Shown here: positions 47,269 to 57,439 of the stretch, piece after piece
How the letters are laid out: every line of letters starts with the position of its first letter
How positions within the stretch are numbered: the stretch's first letter is position 1
Virus record (IMG/VR): IMGVR_UViG_3300020037_007643
Strand: one strand, 5' to 3'
Length of the DNA stretch: 64,000 bases
Source: a virus
Translations under genes and position numbers: made by a program
Notes under the pieces: generated by a model
Told to the model about the DNA's origin: nothing
Database searches by the model: none
Seen by the model: only the letters and a program-made list of their open reading frames with translations

Positions 47269-47724
47269 ATGTACTACAGCGAAAAATTCAAACAAAAAAT
47301 AGGCGAACCAGTATCAGGTGGTACAGTACGCCTTGGTACAATCAACAAAATCGGTGAATGGCTCACTGACACACAAATCACACAAAAGTTTAACATCGAA
47401 CCAATGTCAATCCCCGACTTCTGGGCAACGATTGGAGGTGTGGTGGGTGTGTTCGATAAAATAGTATGGGGGTGTGTGTTTTGTGTAAAAGCAGAAGATG
47501 GGTGTGCTCTTACGGTGTTCGCGTACTGGAGCGATAGGCAGTGGTTGTTCTACTGCTTTGAGTTTGACGGGCGTGGCGAGTGGCTTGCGGAGCGATGTGT
47601 CTTCTCTCCTGCAATCGCTTTGGAACCTAGTACTCCTAGTCTCTCTGAACCTTTGCCCCTTACCGAAGAACAAATGATTTCAGCCCTCAAGTCGAAAGGG
47701 TATACGATTAGTAAAACTTTTTAA
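47269..47724 (+). CDS. Hypothetical protein
   Basis: 151-aa ORF, locally richer in G+C. Confidence 0.45.
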   Translation: MYYSEKFKQKIGEPVSGGTVRLGTINKIGEWLTDTQITQKFNIEPMSIPDFWATIGGVVGVFDKIVWGCVFCVKAEDGCALTVFAYWSDRQWLFYCFEFDGRGEWLAERCVFSPAIALEPSTPSLSEPLPLTEEQMISALKSKGYTISKTF

Positions 47725-47727
47725 AAT

Positions 47728-48138
47728 ATGAAACTCGAACAACAAGTATGCTCATTAGAGCTTGCAAAAAAACTGAAAGAATTAGGAGTGATACAGGAGA
47801 GTATCTTCCTGTGGGAAACTGGTGCTATAAAACCTAGAATTAAATTGTCGTTTGAAGATAAAGAAAATTTAGGGTTAATGAATATTACTCGTGTTGATAC
47901 TTCTGATTTTAGGGAGTATTGCTCCGCCTTCACAGTCGCAGAGCTTGGGGAGATGTTGCCGAACACAATCTATCTTAATGATGAAGGATGTGGATTGGAA
48001 ATAACTCACCATCTTGAAGTTGTGTATCGTTCATACTCTCTTGGTAAAAGAAGAATAACAAGAGAAGCAAGTACCGAAGCCGATGCACGAGCAAAAATGC
48101 TCATCTATTTACTAGAAAATAAACTTATAACCCCATGA
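47728..48138 (+). CDS. Hypothetical protein
   Basis: 136-aa ORF. Confidence 0.45.
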   Translation: MKLEQQVCSLELAKKLKELGVIQESIFLWETGAIKPRIKLSFEDKENLGLMNITRVDTSDFREYCSAFTVAELGEMLPNTIYLNDEGCGLEITHHLEVVYRSYSLGKRRITREASTEADARAKMLIYLLENKLITP

Positions 48139-48338
48139 CCACACAAAATTACGAACACCACTCACATACTCACTGTTGGAATAACGAGCAAAGAAATCTC
48201 GGTAATGTACCACCCTGCGGTATAAAAATAGAGAATCACACGCAATGTTGCTTGTGTGATATTACCCCCGAATCCCCCTGTTGCTCCGCAGGTATAGTCG
48301 ATGGGAGATGTGGGGATTGTAAGGAATTAGTAGATTAA
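48135..48338 (+). CDS. Small Cys-rich protein
   Basis: HCWN..CGI..CCLCD..CCSAG..CGDC. Confidence 0.4.
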   Translation: MTTQNYEHHSHTHCWNNEQRNLGNVPPCGIKIENHTQCCLCDITPESPCCSAGIVDGRCGDCKELVD

Positions 48339-48352
48339 GAAGAATAATATAT

Positions 48353-48646
48353 ATGGAAGACAAAATAAAACAAATAAATAGTTTGAATGAGAATATCAAA
48401 GAATTAGAAAGTTTACTGTGGCTTTTAGAAAATTCAGATATTGATTCCACTCACGGAAAGAATAAGCGAAATGAGTTTTCAATGTTTTGTGTAAAATCTT
48501 ACTTATGGACTGGTAGTGATAATCCGAGCTATGAGAAAAAAATAACAGACCGAGAGACAATGAATGAATTATCTAAGGTTATGAAATTAGTCATCGTTTC
48601 ACAGATAAACCAAAAGAAACTAAAATTAGAGAATTTAATAAAATGA
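48353..48646 (+). CDS. Hypothetical protein
   Basis: 97-aa ORF. Confidence 0.45.
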   Translation: MEDKIKQINSLNENIKELESLLWLLENSDIDSTHGKNKRNEFSMFCVKSYLWTGSDNPSYEKKITDRETMNELSKVMKLVIVSQINQKKLKLENLIK

Positions 48647-49098
48647 AAACAAAACACTCACTCATAGAAAACATACGAAAAGAAGTTATCAAGGCGAATC
48701 CGAGTATATTGGATTTGGTATTTGGTTGTAAGGTTTTTGTTCAGAATTATGTAACAAGTGTTACTATCATTGAAGATAAAAGAGGGCATGTTCGTGTAGA
48801 AGAAACGCAGTATGTTCTCGATTTTGTGGGATTTGCAAGTCGTTCTGAAAGTCTTGTTCAGTTTGACGAAAAGCATATCACTAAAATCCTCGGTCGCACG
48901 ATAGGCATTGCTGATGTGCTTTTGGCGATAGGAGATGAGCCAGTGAATTTCTTTTACTATTCCACAGGCGAGGTGCGAATGGATTATTTAGACAAAGACG
49001 ATAAGGAAATATCTATTTACTGGAATCTCAAAAATGACAACCTTGAACTCCAACCAGAAGAAACACTTTTATTTATAAATAACCTTTTAACCCAATGA
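48643..49098 (+). CDS. Hypothetical protein
   Basis: 151-aa ORF. Confidence 0.45.
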   Translation: MKTKHSLIENIRKEVIKANPSILDLVFGCKVFVQNYVTSVTIIEDKRGHVRVEETQYVLDFVGFASRSESLVQFDEKHITKILGRTIGIADVLLAIGDEPVNFFYYSTGEVRMDYLDKDDKEISIYWNLKNDNLELQPEETLLFINNLLTQ

Positions 49099-49523
49099 CT
49101 AAATCACAACTTATAGAAGAAAGTATTAAAAAATGGAACAAATATGCCAATGAACACTGGCAATCATCTGATTTTTCGGGTATTCATTTATTAGTACAAG
49201 AAGATTTTGGCAAAGAATTTCTATCTGACGAACTCTCCCTCATATATGACAAGGCGGTGGAGGAGGGATTAAAAAATTCAGCGGTTCTGTGCGGTAAATT
49301 GATGGAATTGCCTGATAAAACATTTATTGGGGGATGTGGAGAACCTGTAAATATACTAAGTGCTTATGCTTGTGTTGATTGCTCCGCACCTTTTCATAGG
49401 AAATGTTTACTAAAACACATGAAAGAGGATATGCCAGTTCAATCACTATCAAAAATGACCCTTGAAAAAGCATTTCAAAAACTAGATGAATTATCCACCC
49501 TAACCCCCAAGGGAGAGAAATAG
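49095..49523 (+). CDS. Hypothetical Cys-containing protein
   Basis: 142-aa ORF. Confidence 0.45.
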   Translation: MTKSQLIEESIKKWNKYANEHWQSSDFSGIHLLVQEDFGKEFLSDELSLIYDKAVEEGLKNSAVLCGKLMELPDKTFIGGCGEPVNILSAYACVDCSAPFHRKCLLKHMKEDMPVQSLSKMTLEKAFQKLDELSTLTPKGEK

Positions 49524-49526
49524 TAT

Positions 49527-49712
49527 ATGGCATACAAATACAAAACAATTAAAGATTTATTCATTGTAATAGTACAAACAATGTTTTTGTTAACCTGTTT
49601 TATTCTCGTTCTTGTGTTATCATTTTGGGCAATACATTGGGCTAGTCCAAAATATGAAATAATTTGCAGTGGAACATTAGAAGAAAATATTTATCTGTGC
49701 GTAAAACACTAA
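49527..49712 (+). CDS. Small membrane protein
   Basis: 61 aa with a hydrophobic core. Confidence 0.35.
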   Translation: MAYKYKTIKDLFIVIVQTMFLLTCFILVLVLSFWAIHWASPKYEIICSGTLEENIYLCVKH

Positions 49713-49921
49713 TTATGCCAACTAACAATATAAAAAAATACAAGAAAAAACATAAACATTATTGGTCAGTAGAACACCTTGTATATGAAGGTCGTACACC
49801 AAGTGAGATGGCGATACATAGATATTGTCAATGTGGTGTTCATCAAGTTGGCTATGTATCTCGTTTTTATAAACCGTCAAAAAGATGGGATATGAAAATG
49901 CTTAAAGATTGTGCTAAATAA
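49664..49921 (+). CDS. Small basic Cys/His protein (start probably the internal ATG near 49715)
   Basis: 85-aa ORF. Confidence 0.35.
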   Translation: MQWNIRRKYLSVRKTLIMPTNNIKKYKKKHKHYWSVEHLVYEGRTPSEMAIHRYCQCGVHQVGYVSRFYKPSKRWDMKMLKDCAK

Positions 49922-50196
49922 TTTTTAATCTATTATAAATCAATCTTATGAAATATTATTATCAAAAAAGATGGTTTAATAATAAATGGCAACTTTTAAA
50001 ATGTCTTTTTGGTTTTGATCATTTGTATAGATGGGAATGTGGACAAAAAACTTGTTTATTTTGTCGTCATATAACCAATAAGGTATATAAAAAATAACTA
50101 TTTTTTATTAAATATAACACAATAAGTCTGTGGAAAATCAAAAATCACAGCTCCTCCAAGCCTGAACTTTCCCCCTAATTCCCCGTAAATAAAAAA

Positions 50197-50230
50197 GGTA
50201 GTAGAAATTAATCTACTACCTTTTTCTTTT
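50197..50230. terminator. Bidirectional rho-independent terminator between convergent transcription units
   Basis: GGTAGTAGA-aattaa-TCTACTACC flanked by A-run and T-run (TTTTTCTTTT). Confidence 0.65.
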
Positions 50231-50232
50231 AT

Positions 50233-50679
50233 TTAGTTGTTTGTAACTGATTCAACTGCTTTTACTGCTGTTGATTTTGTGATCTCATTAATGAGTTCAT
50301 TTGTTTTCTCATTAAGTTCATCAATTGATACTTTGATTTCACCGTTTTGGATACTTTCAATTTTCTTTACCTTTTCATCCTTAAGTTCATTGAGTTTCTG
50401 AATTTTTTCATTTTCAGATACAATTAACTTTTCAATCATCTCTACTCCTTTCTTTATATATTCTTTCTTTTCTGCAAAATCTGGATCTGCTTCAACGAGT
50501 TGTGTTTCTGCAAAGTTTTCTCGTGCGATGTCTTTCTTGAGATTCATTACGTTTTCTGTGTGTTCGTTTATGTTCTTTTCGATATCAGAAATTTGTGTTT
50601 GAACTCTTGAAACCATGTTCATTCTAAGTCCATCTCTTGCAATAATCTTAAGTTTTTCTACGATTGTGTTGTAATTCAT
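50233..50679 (-). CDS. Coiled-coil hypothetical protein
   Basis: 148-aa ORF rich in E/K heptad-like sequence. Confidence 0.5.
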   Translation of the reverse strand: MNYNTIVEKLKIIARDGLRMNMVSRVQTQISDIEKNINEHTENVMNLKKDIARENFAETQLVEADPDFAEKKEYIKKGVEMIEKLIVSENEKIQKLNELKDEKVKKIESIQNGEIKVSIDELNEKTNELINEITKSTAVKAVESVTNN

Positions 50680-51005
50680 ATATATGTTGTTTTAATTTTT
50701 TTAATTATTTTTGTAATCTTTCTTTTAATGTCTTCTTGTTTTTTACCAAATCCATATCCAGGGTTTTTAATTAATTTATTAATAACCCGTGTGCATTGTA
50801 TTTGTGTTAATCCCCAAACACCTTCTCCTCTTTCGTTTGTGTTTGGATTTAGTAATTGGAATCCATAGTCTTCTTGATTTTCTGGGTTTTTTCTGAATAT
50901 AGCCCATAAATCTTGGTTAAACTGTACTATTATCCCAGTATTCCTTTCTTCTACGTCTAAGCATATTTTTATATTTTCTGGGATTCTAATTTGTTGTGTC
51001 TTCAT
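50676..51005 (-). CDS. Hypothetical protein
   Basis: 109-aa ORF. Confidence 0.45.
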   Translation of the reverse strand: MKTQQIRIPENIKICLDVEERNTGIIVQFNQDLWAIFRKNPENQEDYGFQLLNPNTNERGEGVWGLTQIQCTRVINKLIKNPGYGFGKKQEDIKRKITKIIKKIKTTYI

Positions 51006-51411
51006 GTTTTAATAGATGTCCGTCAAATTTCATTTTTGTGAACATTTTAGGAAATGCTATTTTATACATCCATACTGAGTAACTACATGCTTTTAACTCT
51101 GATTCACCCAATATGTGATGTGCGAATTCATGTAATGCACTAATGATACTTGGTTTACTTTTGCTTATATTTATTGTCCTTGTTTCTTGTAGGTAATAAT
51201 TTCTTTCTTCTTCTGTTGTTATACAGCAAGGATTATCATATAATTTACATAAACTTGTTATTAGTTCATAGAGTGCATTATGTTTGTATTCAGTTGTTTT
51301 TTCTTTCCACTTATTATAATGTTTTTCTTTCCATTCTCCTAAGATTAAAATGTCTTCATTTATCCCTTCTGGAGGATTTTCCAGTATTTCTTCTTTTGTT
51401 GGATATATCAT
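50986..51411 (-). CDS. Putative zinc metallopeptidase (HExxH)
   Basis: ALHEFAHHILGESE. Confidence 0.45.
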   Translation of the reverse strand: MIYPTKEEILENPPEGINEDILILGEWKEKHYNKWKEKTTEYKHNALYELITSLCKLYDNPCCITTEEERNYYLQETRTINISKSKPSIISALHEFAHHILGESELKACSYSVWMYKIAFPKMFTKMKFDGHLLKHEDTTN

Positions 51412-51414
51412 TTT

Positions 51415-52620
51415 TTAGTCTCCTAGTAATAATGTTTTTTGTCTTTCTTCACCTAAATTATTATCATTTTCGACCTCTCTTTCATGGTAATGTTTAGGTG
51501 TATATCCTTCGATATCAGCTATGATACTTTCTGCATTCTCTTCTGTGTTTCTGTAATAGCTGATTGCGTTTCCTTTTGCTTCCTTAAGTATTTGTTTGAA
51601 TTGCATTAAATACTCTTCGATGTTTGCTGTGTATGCAAGTTTTTCTTCTGCAAGTTCCTGTATGAAGTCTTCCATTAATGATTGTACTTCTCCTACTGAA
51701 AAGTCCATTACATTATCCCAATTTTTTTCTGTAATCTGATATGCTGCATTATAATCATCAACTTCTTCTTGATCTTCTTTTGTCCATATTGTTTTCTTGT
51801 TTGTTTGTATTGTTGTATTTTGGGTTTGTTTTTGATTTTGGAATCCAAAAGGACTTGGAATTGGAGTAGGTTCTTTTATCGGGAAATTCAAGTTTTGTTC
51901 TGTTGCTTCTAGTGAGTTTGAAGAAAGATTAATTGTAAAGATTTTATCTTCTTCAATTAACTCACCTGGACCTTCAGATGCAAGTGTTAGTATATTGTCT
52001 TTAATTTCTAGATTTAATGGATTTATATGTCTTCCGTAGATAAATTCTATTGCTTTATTTGTTTTTTTATCTATTTTTATTATTAGAAATGCTGCACTTC
52101 CATCGAAGAATACTTTACTTTGTTTTTTCTCTAAATAAAGAACCATTTCTATTGCTAATGACTCTGAGTCGTTATATTTTGCAGTATGAGATCTTGCCCC
52201 GTTGTATATTACCACACCTTCTTCTTTTGGAATTTCTGTTGTATATATAAATCCCATTTTTTCATGTTCATCTTTTAATTCATCACAATTTCTTATCATC
52301 CCATTATGCATTACATAATAAGTGTAATCTAGTATATTGTTTTCTACTAGTATTGGGTGTGTTTGTGATAATTTGTTTTTTGTAGATGTTGGTGTTCTGT
52401 GGTGAGCAAGTACCATTGCTTCTAAGTTGTTATGTAGATCGTACATAAACTTGGCTGGTTCTGTTGCTCTTTTGATATTTAGTTTTTTGTTTTTGTCTAT
52501 TGTTATTATTCCGAATCCTTCTGTTCCCCGTCTGTATTGTTCTTCATACATGTCAACGATTTTGTCATTAACGGGTGCTTTTTCTTTATTGCTATTTATT
52601 GCTGCTATTAGTCCACACAT
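51415..52620 (-). CDS. Class II (Ntn-type) glutamine amidotransferase domain protein
   Basis: N-terminal MCGLIAAIN, with a Cys2 nucleophile as in PurF, GlmS and AsnB. Confidence 0.6.
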   Translation of the reverse strand: MCGLIAAINSNKEKAPVNDKIVDMYEEQYRRGTEGFGIITIDKNKKLNIKRATEPAKFMYDLHNNLEAMVLAHHRTPTSTKNKLSQTHPILVENNILDYTYYVMHNGMIRNCDELKDEHEKMGFIYTTEIPKEEGVVIYNGARSHTAKYNDSESLAIEMVLYLEKKQSKVFFDGSAAFLIIKIDKKTNKAIEFIYGRHINPLNLEIKDNILTLASEGPGELIEEDKIFTINLSSNSLEATEQNLNFPIKEPTPIPSPFGFQNQKQTQNTTIQTNKKTIWTKEDQEEVDDYNAAYQITEKNWDNVMDFSVGEVQSLMEDFIQELAEEKLAYTANIEEYLMQFKQILKEAKGNAISYYRNTEENAESIIADIEGYTPKHYHEREVENDNNLGEERQKTLLLGD

Positions 52621-52635
52621 TGTGTTTTTATTTTT

Positions 52636-54339
52636 TTAGTTAGGTGAAGTTCGACTTTCTTCCGATGTTTCCTCCCCAGGTAGTATTGTTTCTGCGTTTA
52701 ATACTTGTTCTGTTTCGTTTTCGATGACTTCTTCTTCTCTTGTAATTTGCTCTATTCTATTTTCTGCATCTGATGTGTCAGATGAATCATCTATTACTAT
52801 TGCATCTAGGGCTGTTTCTTCTGTTTCTATTTTGTTTAATTTCTTATAAATATGACCCTTTTCTGTCTCAGGTAATTCGGTGTCGTTTGTAATGTTTTTA
52901 TTATTACGTGTAGGTTTTTTGATTTTACCTTTTTCTATGTCATATATAAGTTCTATTAATTTTGTTGTTTTCATGCTCATTCTGTCCTCGTATGGTATAC
53001 CAATGAGTATGATTTCTTTTTTGATTTCTTCGTTTTTTCCTGTCTTGAAGTTAAGTCTTTTTGTTGTTTCTTCTTCACCCATTATTTCTTTAGCCTTTAC
53101 TCTCATTCTATCAACAAGTTTTTTAATTGCTTGCTCATCGCTTGTTGTTTGAATTTGGTCTGTACCTATTATTTTTTCAGTTTTCTTATTTGCTACAATA
53201 TAACTATTGATTCCCTTTCTTACTCCGTATAAGAAATATTCTTTCTTTAGGTTTAAGTCGAATGCTGCAACAGTTTGTGTTATTCTTTGTGCAAAGATAT
53301 CAACATTTGCATCTTCATTGTATGCAATATTAACTAAACTGCTTATTGTATCTAGGTCTTTTTCTTTTATTCTTTTTTTGAATGCTTTTTCTGAAAGTAT
53401 TGTTTTTTTGAGTGGTTCTTTTTTGTTTTTCAATAGATTCCAACCTTGTCTGATATCGAAATTAGCGTTTTGTTTGTCAGCTATTACCTGTTCAGGTTTA
53501 AGGATGTATTCTATTTCTTCCTTGAATGTATCGTATAACTCAAATGTTTTTATGTATTTTTTGATTTTGTTTAGGAGAGTATGTGTAAGTGTTTTATATT
53601 CTCCTATTACAAGTTCTTGGATTGCATCTCCTTGCTTGTCTGTTCTGATGATTATATCTCTACATGTTTCTTCAAACTTTTTAGGATGCTTCATAATTTC
53701 ATGGTAAACTACTCCAATATATGCAAGTGTTGATTTTGCAATTTTAGGTGTAACTGTCCATTCTGCTGAAGGGCATCGTAATTCATATGTGAATCCGGGT
53801 GTTCCATCTGGTCTTGTGAATTTATTATCTACACGGTATGCACTGTTTGAACAAAGATTTCCATAACCTCCTTTCATTCTGATTGCTATGTTTGTTTTGT
53901 TTTCTCCCATTATTATAGGGAGGTAGAATGATATCATTCTTTTGTGTATACCCTTCATTCTTTCTACCTTAGGTTGACCTCCTGGTAATTCTAGGTGGAT
54001 ATGACCTCCAAGTGTTGATGCTCTACTTAATGTAGATATTTCAAATAATGGTGCTGCCTTATTGAATTCTTTGAATATTTCACCTAGGTTTTCAATGACA
54101 CCTTCTGGTGAATTATTTGCTTCTGGTCGTATTTCTCCTGTTGATGAATGACCGTCCCATCCTAGTGTTCCAGCGTTTTTGTTTTTTAATTTGAATCCGT
54201 CTCTTTCATTACTTTCAAAGTTTTCATTTTTTGAGAGTAATCTTGTTATTGTTTCTTTTGCGTTTAGTCTTTTGTTATAGAGCTCCATGTTGAATTCTGG
54301 GTCTGCTCCGATTTTAAATTTGAATTCTTTTGTTGGCAT
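52636..54339 (-). CDS. Large hypothetical enzyme, possibly a glutamine-synthetase-like amidoligase partner of the GATase
   Basis: 567 aa. Contains IGADPEF and GWDGHSSTGEIRPE (compare the GS FDGSS region). The call rests on gene order. Confidence 0.35.
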   Translation of the reverse strand: MPTKEFKFKIGADPEFNMELYNKRLNAKETITRLLSKNENFESNERDGFKLKNKNAGTLGWDGHSSTGEIRPEANNSPEGVIENLGEIFKEFNKAAPLFEISTLSRASTLGGHIHLELPGGQPKVERMKGIHKRMISFYLPIIMGENKTNIAIRMKGGYGNLCSNSAYRVDNKFTRPDGTPGFTYELRCPSAEWTVTPKIAKSTLAYIGVVYHEIMKHPKKFEETCRDIIIRTDKQGDAIQELVIGEYKTLTHTLLNKIKKYIKTFELYDTFKEEIEYILKPEQVIADKQNANFDIRQGWNLLKNKKEPLKKTILSEKAFKKRIKEKDLDTISSLVNIAYNEDANVDIFAQRITQTVAAFDLNLKKEYFLYGVRKGINSYIVANKKTEKIIGTDQIQTTSDEQAIKKLVDRMRVKAKEIMGEEETTKRLNFKTGKNEEIKKEIILIGIPYEDRMSMKTTKLIELIYDIEKGKIKKPTRNNKNITNDTELPETEKGHIYKKLNKIETEETALDAIVIDDSSDTSDAENRIEQITREEEVIENETEQVLNAETILPGEETSEESRTSPN

Positions 54340-54342
54340 ATT

Positions 54343-54855
54343 TTATATTTTATATTCTAAGTAACAATTGGGGCACGTTTGATTTTTTTGTTCCTCTGTG
54401 TTAAATGGTCTTATGTCTATTTCTTTAAGGAAGATATATTTGCATTTAGGACAGATCCCTGTGGCTTGTGTAATTAAGTCTTCTCTGAATTTATGTGTAA
54501 ACAATGCTTTGTCTTCTGTGCTTTTTGTTTGTGCTCTTGGGTTTTCTTCTCCGTAATCTTCTGTTTTATTTTCTTTTTCTTCTCTATCTGCTAATTCCTC
54601 TGGATCTATTTCTATTAGATCGTTTGGGTTAAGTTCATTTGAACACTCTGGGCATTTGTATTCATATGATCCATCGAGGTTATAACTTGAATCATAGTAC
54701 TCAAAATCTTCTGTTATTATTTGACCTGATTGATCTTTTCTTAGCGAGCATGATCCCCATTTGTTTCCAGATATTGGTATATCATAATCTAAATAATTTA
54801 TTGTTTCATTGCAACCTGGACATTTAAACATATTATGTATAATATTCTGGAACAT
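54343..54855 (-). CDS. Multi-zinc-ribbon protein
   Basis: CPGC, CPEC, CPKC and CPNC pairs. Confidence 0.5.
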   Translation of the reverse strand: MFQNIIHNMFKCPGCNETINYLDYDIPISGNKWGSCSLRKDQSGQIITEDFEYYDSSYNLDGSYEYKCPECSNELNPNDLIEIDPEELADREEKENKTEDYGEENPRAQTKSTEDKALFTHKFREDLITQATGICPKCKYIFLKEIDIRPFNTEEQKNQTCPNCYLEYKI

Positions 54856-55030
54856 ATGATATTTGTGGTTTTTCTATATTGTCAAACCCAAATTCGTGTA
54901 TTGTGTCAGATAAATCCTCGTCTTCTTTATCTATTTTTTCTATGTTCCAGTCTACTTTATTATTTTTATCTTTTCTTTCTTTCCTATTTTCAAATCTATA
55001 AAAATTATTTTCTATTTCTTCATTTTTCAT
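54833..55030 (-). CDS. Small acidic/basic hypothetical protein
   Basis: 65-aa ORF. Confidence 0.3.
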   Translation of the reverse strand: MKNEEIENNFYRFENRKERKDKNNKVDWNIEKIDKEDEDLSDTIHEFGFDNIEKPQISYVPEYYT

Positions 55031-55051
55031 TTTATATTCTTGTTTTTGTTT

Positions 55052-55321
55052 TTATTCGACCTCTTCAAACCATCTGATGTTTTTTAATGCACCAGTTTTT
55101 ATTATTTGAGGGTTTTTTTTGATTGCTTCTTTTATGTATTCTTTGTATGATTTTTTCCCTCTATTTATTTTTTCTCCATGTGCTGTTTGTGGGTCAAATG
55201 GATATTTTTCTTTTTTTTTATGTTCGTATGCTTTTTTAACCTTAGGTCTTTTTTTGCCCGTTTTTGCCTCTTTAATTTTCTGGTTATGTCCCGGTGTTCT
55301 TGGGTATATTCCTGTTGGCAT
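55052..55321 (-). CDS. Small highly basic protein (possible nucleic-acid-binding)
   Basis: 89 aa, Lys-rich. Confidence 0.45.
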   Translation of the reverse strand: MPTGIYPRTPGHNQKIKEAKTGKKRPKVKKAYEHKKKEKYPFDPQTAHGEKINRGKKSYKEYIKEAIKKNPQIIKTGALKNIRWFEEVE

Positions 55322-55505
55322 TTTATTCTTTTTTGGTTTTAATCATTTGAGGTTCTAATGCTGTGAATATTTCTTCTATTCCCATTTTGCTTGTTTTATA
55401 GAGTATATGGGCATGGATATGAACTTGTGACACAAGAACTCCAGTTACTTCGTTTTTTGAATCTCTTATTACTACACAAACTTCTTCATTTTTATTCATA
55501 ATAAT

Positions 55506-55832
55506 TTAAATAATTCTTTTTTCTTGTAATATTTTTCTTAATTTTAAGTTTGCCCAATTTTCTTTTTTGATTACTTTTTTAAGATGTCTTGGGTGATAAC
55601 CCAATTGGAGGATATTTCCAGATGCATCTGTGTGTCTAACAATTACGTACATTCCGTGCATTGTTATTACTTTTGCTTTTTCTTTTCTGTATACTTCTCC
55701 AAGTTCCGCACTTCCGTTTGTGTTTATTAAATTAGTAGGTATTGAGTCGTATTCAAAATATCCTGGTAAATAATTAAGATTTGTTCTTCCATTTTCACCT
55801 AAAAATTCTACTATATCTCCTGGTTTAAACAT
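55506..55832 (-). CDS. Paralog family member 1 (conserved C-terminus NWxN.KLRKILxEKxII)
   Basis: C-terminus shared with the 59524 and 60407 ORFs. Confidence 0.55.
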   Translation of the reverse strand: MFKPGDIVEFLGENGRTNLNYLPGYFEYDSIPTNLINTNGSAELGEVYRKEKAKVITMHGMYVIVRHTDASGNILQLGYHPRHLKKVIKKENWANLKLRKILQEKRII

Positions 55833-56115
55833 TTTGTAAATATTTTAATTAATTAATCTTTTTATAATCTATATAAAGTTAATATATATTCACGTATATA
55901 TCTTTTATATATTGTTACCTTTAATTAAAAATAGTTTTTATTATACTTATTCATGTCGGCTACAAGGTAGCATTGAACTAGTGGTTTTAGTTTCCCTACT
56001 CGCTAGGGTTTTGTATGTAAGTTTTCTTTAATAACTCTTTTTAGTTAAATTTTCTTGAATTAAGGGTATAAAATAGAAAGATTAATTAATTAAAATATTT
56101 ACATTATTTAAATAT

Positions 56116-56352
56116 TTAACCTTCTATTTCATCAAACCCAGCTTCTTTGAATTTTTCTGCTTCTTCTGTTGATAGATACATGAAGATTCCCCCTTCTTGA
56201 TCTTCTTTTCCTTTGTATGACATGTCTATTCTTTGTGTTAAAACATAATCAGAATCATAAAATTCTGTAGTTGTATTAGTTCTTTTTCTTAGCCAATATT
56301 CTTTTGGATTTAATGTTATTGTTATATCTGATGGTTCTTTTTGTATTTTCAT
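56116..56352 (-). CDS. Hypothetical protein
   Basis: 78-aa ORF. Confidence 0.4.
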   Translation of the reverse strand: MKIQKEPSDITITLNPKEYWLRKRTNTTTEFYDSDYVLTQRIDMSYKGKEDQEGGIFMYLSTEEAEKFKEAGFDEIEG

Positions 56353-56538
56353 TTACATTTCATCTATCATTAATAATAATCTTTTGTATTCATTTTCTGT
56401 TATTTTTCCTTCTATGTAAGCCAATCTTGCTATTCTTTTTCCTTTTTCTTTGCCGTGATGATTGGTTATACCTAAAATATCAGTTGGTATTGTAATTATG
56501 TCGTCTACAATTCCTAGTATCCCATTTATTATTCCCAT
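56353..56538 (-). CDS. Small hypothetical protein
   Basis: 61-aa ORF. Confidence 0.35.
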   Translation of the reverse strand: MGIINGILGIVDDIITIPTDILGITNHHGKEKGKRIARLAYIEGKITENEYKRLLLMIDEM

Positions 56539-56623
56539 ATATCTCTACACTCACATTCATATTGTAATTCTTCACATTCTTCACATGTTTCATCTATTGG
56601 GAACTCTTCTTCTGTTGTCATTT

Positions 56624-57058
56624 TTATATTTGTTTATATAAAGTAATAATATTTTGAATTATAGGCATTTTTTCTTTATCTTCTTTATCTTGACAGTCAT
56701 ATAATGCCTCTAATTCATTCATTCTTATTGTTAATTTTTCTCCTTTTGTTTTACTGAATAAAGAATACAAATCCCAGTCTGCTTTTGATCTTTTTTGAAG
56801 TAAGTCTATTTCATTCATTAATTTTTTACTGAGACACTCTGGGCATACAGAGTCATTGTTTGAATTTTTTATGCAGGTGTTACATCTATAATTTTTTGTT
56901 TCAACCGGTTCCCAGAATAATTCTTCACATTCTAAGCATTCCACGTATTCCATATCAGGATTACTCATTATTTTTTTAAGGCAGGCTTTACATGTGTCTT
57001 CTTTGTATAATACCCCTATGAATAATTCTTTGCATTCTACGCATTCTATTTTTTCCAT
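56624..57058 (-). CDS. Multi-zinc-ribbon protein
   Basis: Six CxxC pairs. Confidence 0.5.
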   Translation of the reverse strand: MEKIECVECKELFIGVLYKEDTCKACLKKIMSNPDMEYVECLECEELFWEPVETKNYRCNTCIKNSNNDSVCPECLSKKLMNEIDLLQKRSKADWDLYSLFSKTKGEKLTIRMNELEALYDCQDKEDKEKMPIIQNIITLYKQI

Positions 57059-57061
57059 GGG

Positions 57062-57433
57062 TTATTGATTAAATGATTTTAATTGCTCAATAACTCGTAT
57101 TTCGGGGATGTAGATGTCTTTGACGAGACTCATTGCTGAATCTACAGAAAATCCAATTCCAAATATTGTCATGAAAATACCAAACATAATCAATGGTATT
57201 TCTACCCCTCCATTCCAATTTTTTTTATTACCATATTTAATCCCCTTATAAATGAATATTACCCCAGTAATAGATAATAAAATCATCAATCCAAGAAGAA
57301 TACTATCCGTAATAATCAAATACTTTACATATCTCCCAAATAAATCAAGGAAATAATCTTTTGTAATAACTAATCCCTCTTGGATTTTAGGGAGTAATTT
57401 TGTTGTGAAATCGTTGTATAATGTTTCTATCAT
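57062..57433 (-). CDS. Membrane protein
   Basis: Two or three hydrophobic helices. Confidence 0.45.
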   Translation of the reverse strand: MIETLYNDFTTKLLPKIQEGLVITKDYFLDLFGRYVKYLIITDSILLGLMILLSITGVIFIYKGIKYGNKKNWNGGVEIPLIMFGIFMTIFGIGFSVDSAMSLVKDIYIPEIRVIEQLKSFNQ

Positions 57434-57439
57434 ATATGT

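Noticed and set aside
55840-56110. Possible terminator CCCTActcgcTAGGG-TTTT at about 55990
   Set aside because: Weak 5-bp stem on the + strand, where no upstream + gene exists. The region is more likely just the AT-rich promoter region for the 55832 minus-strand gene.
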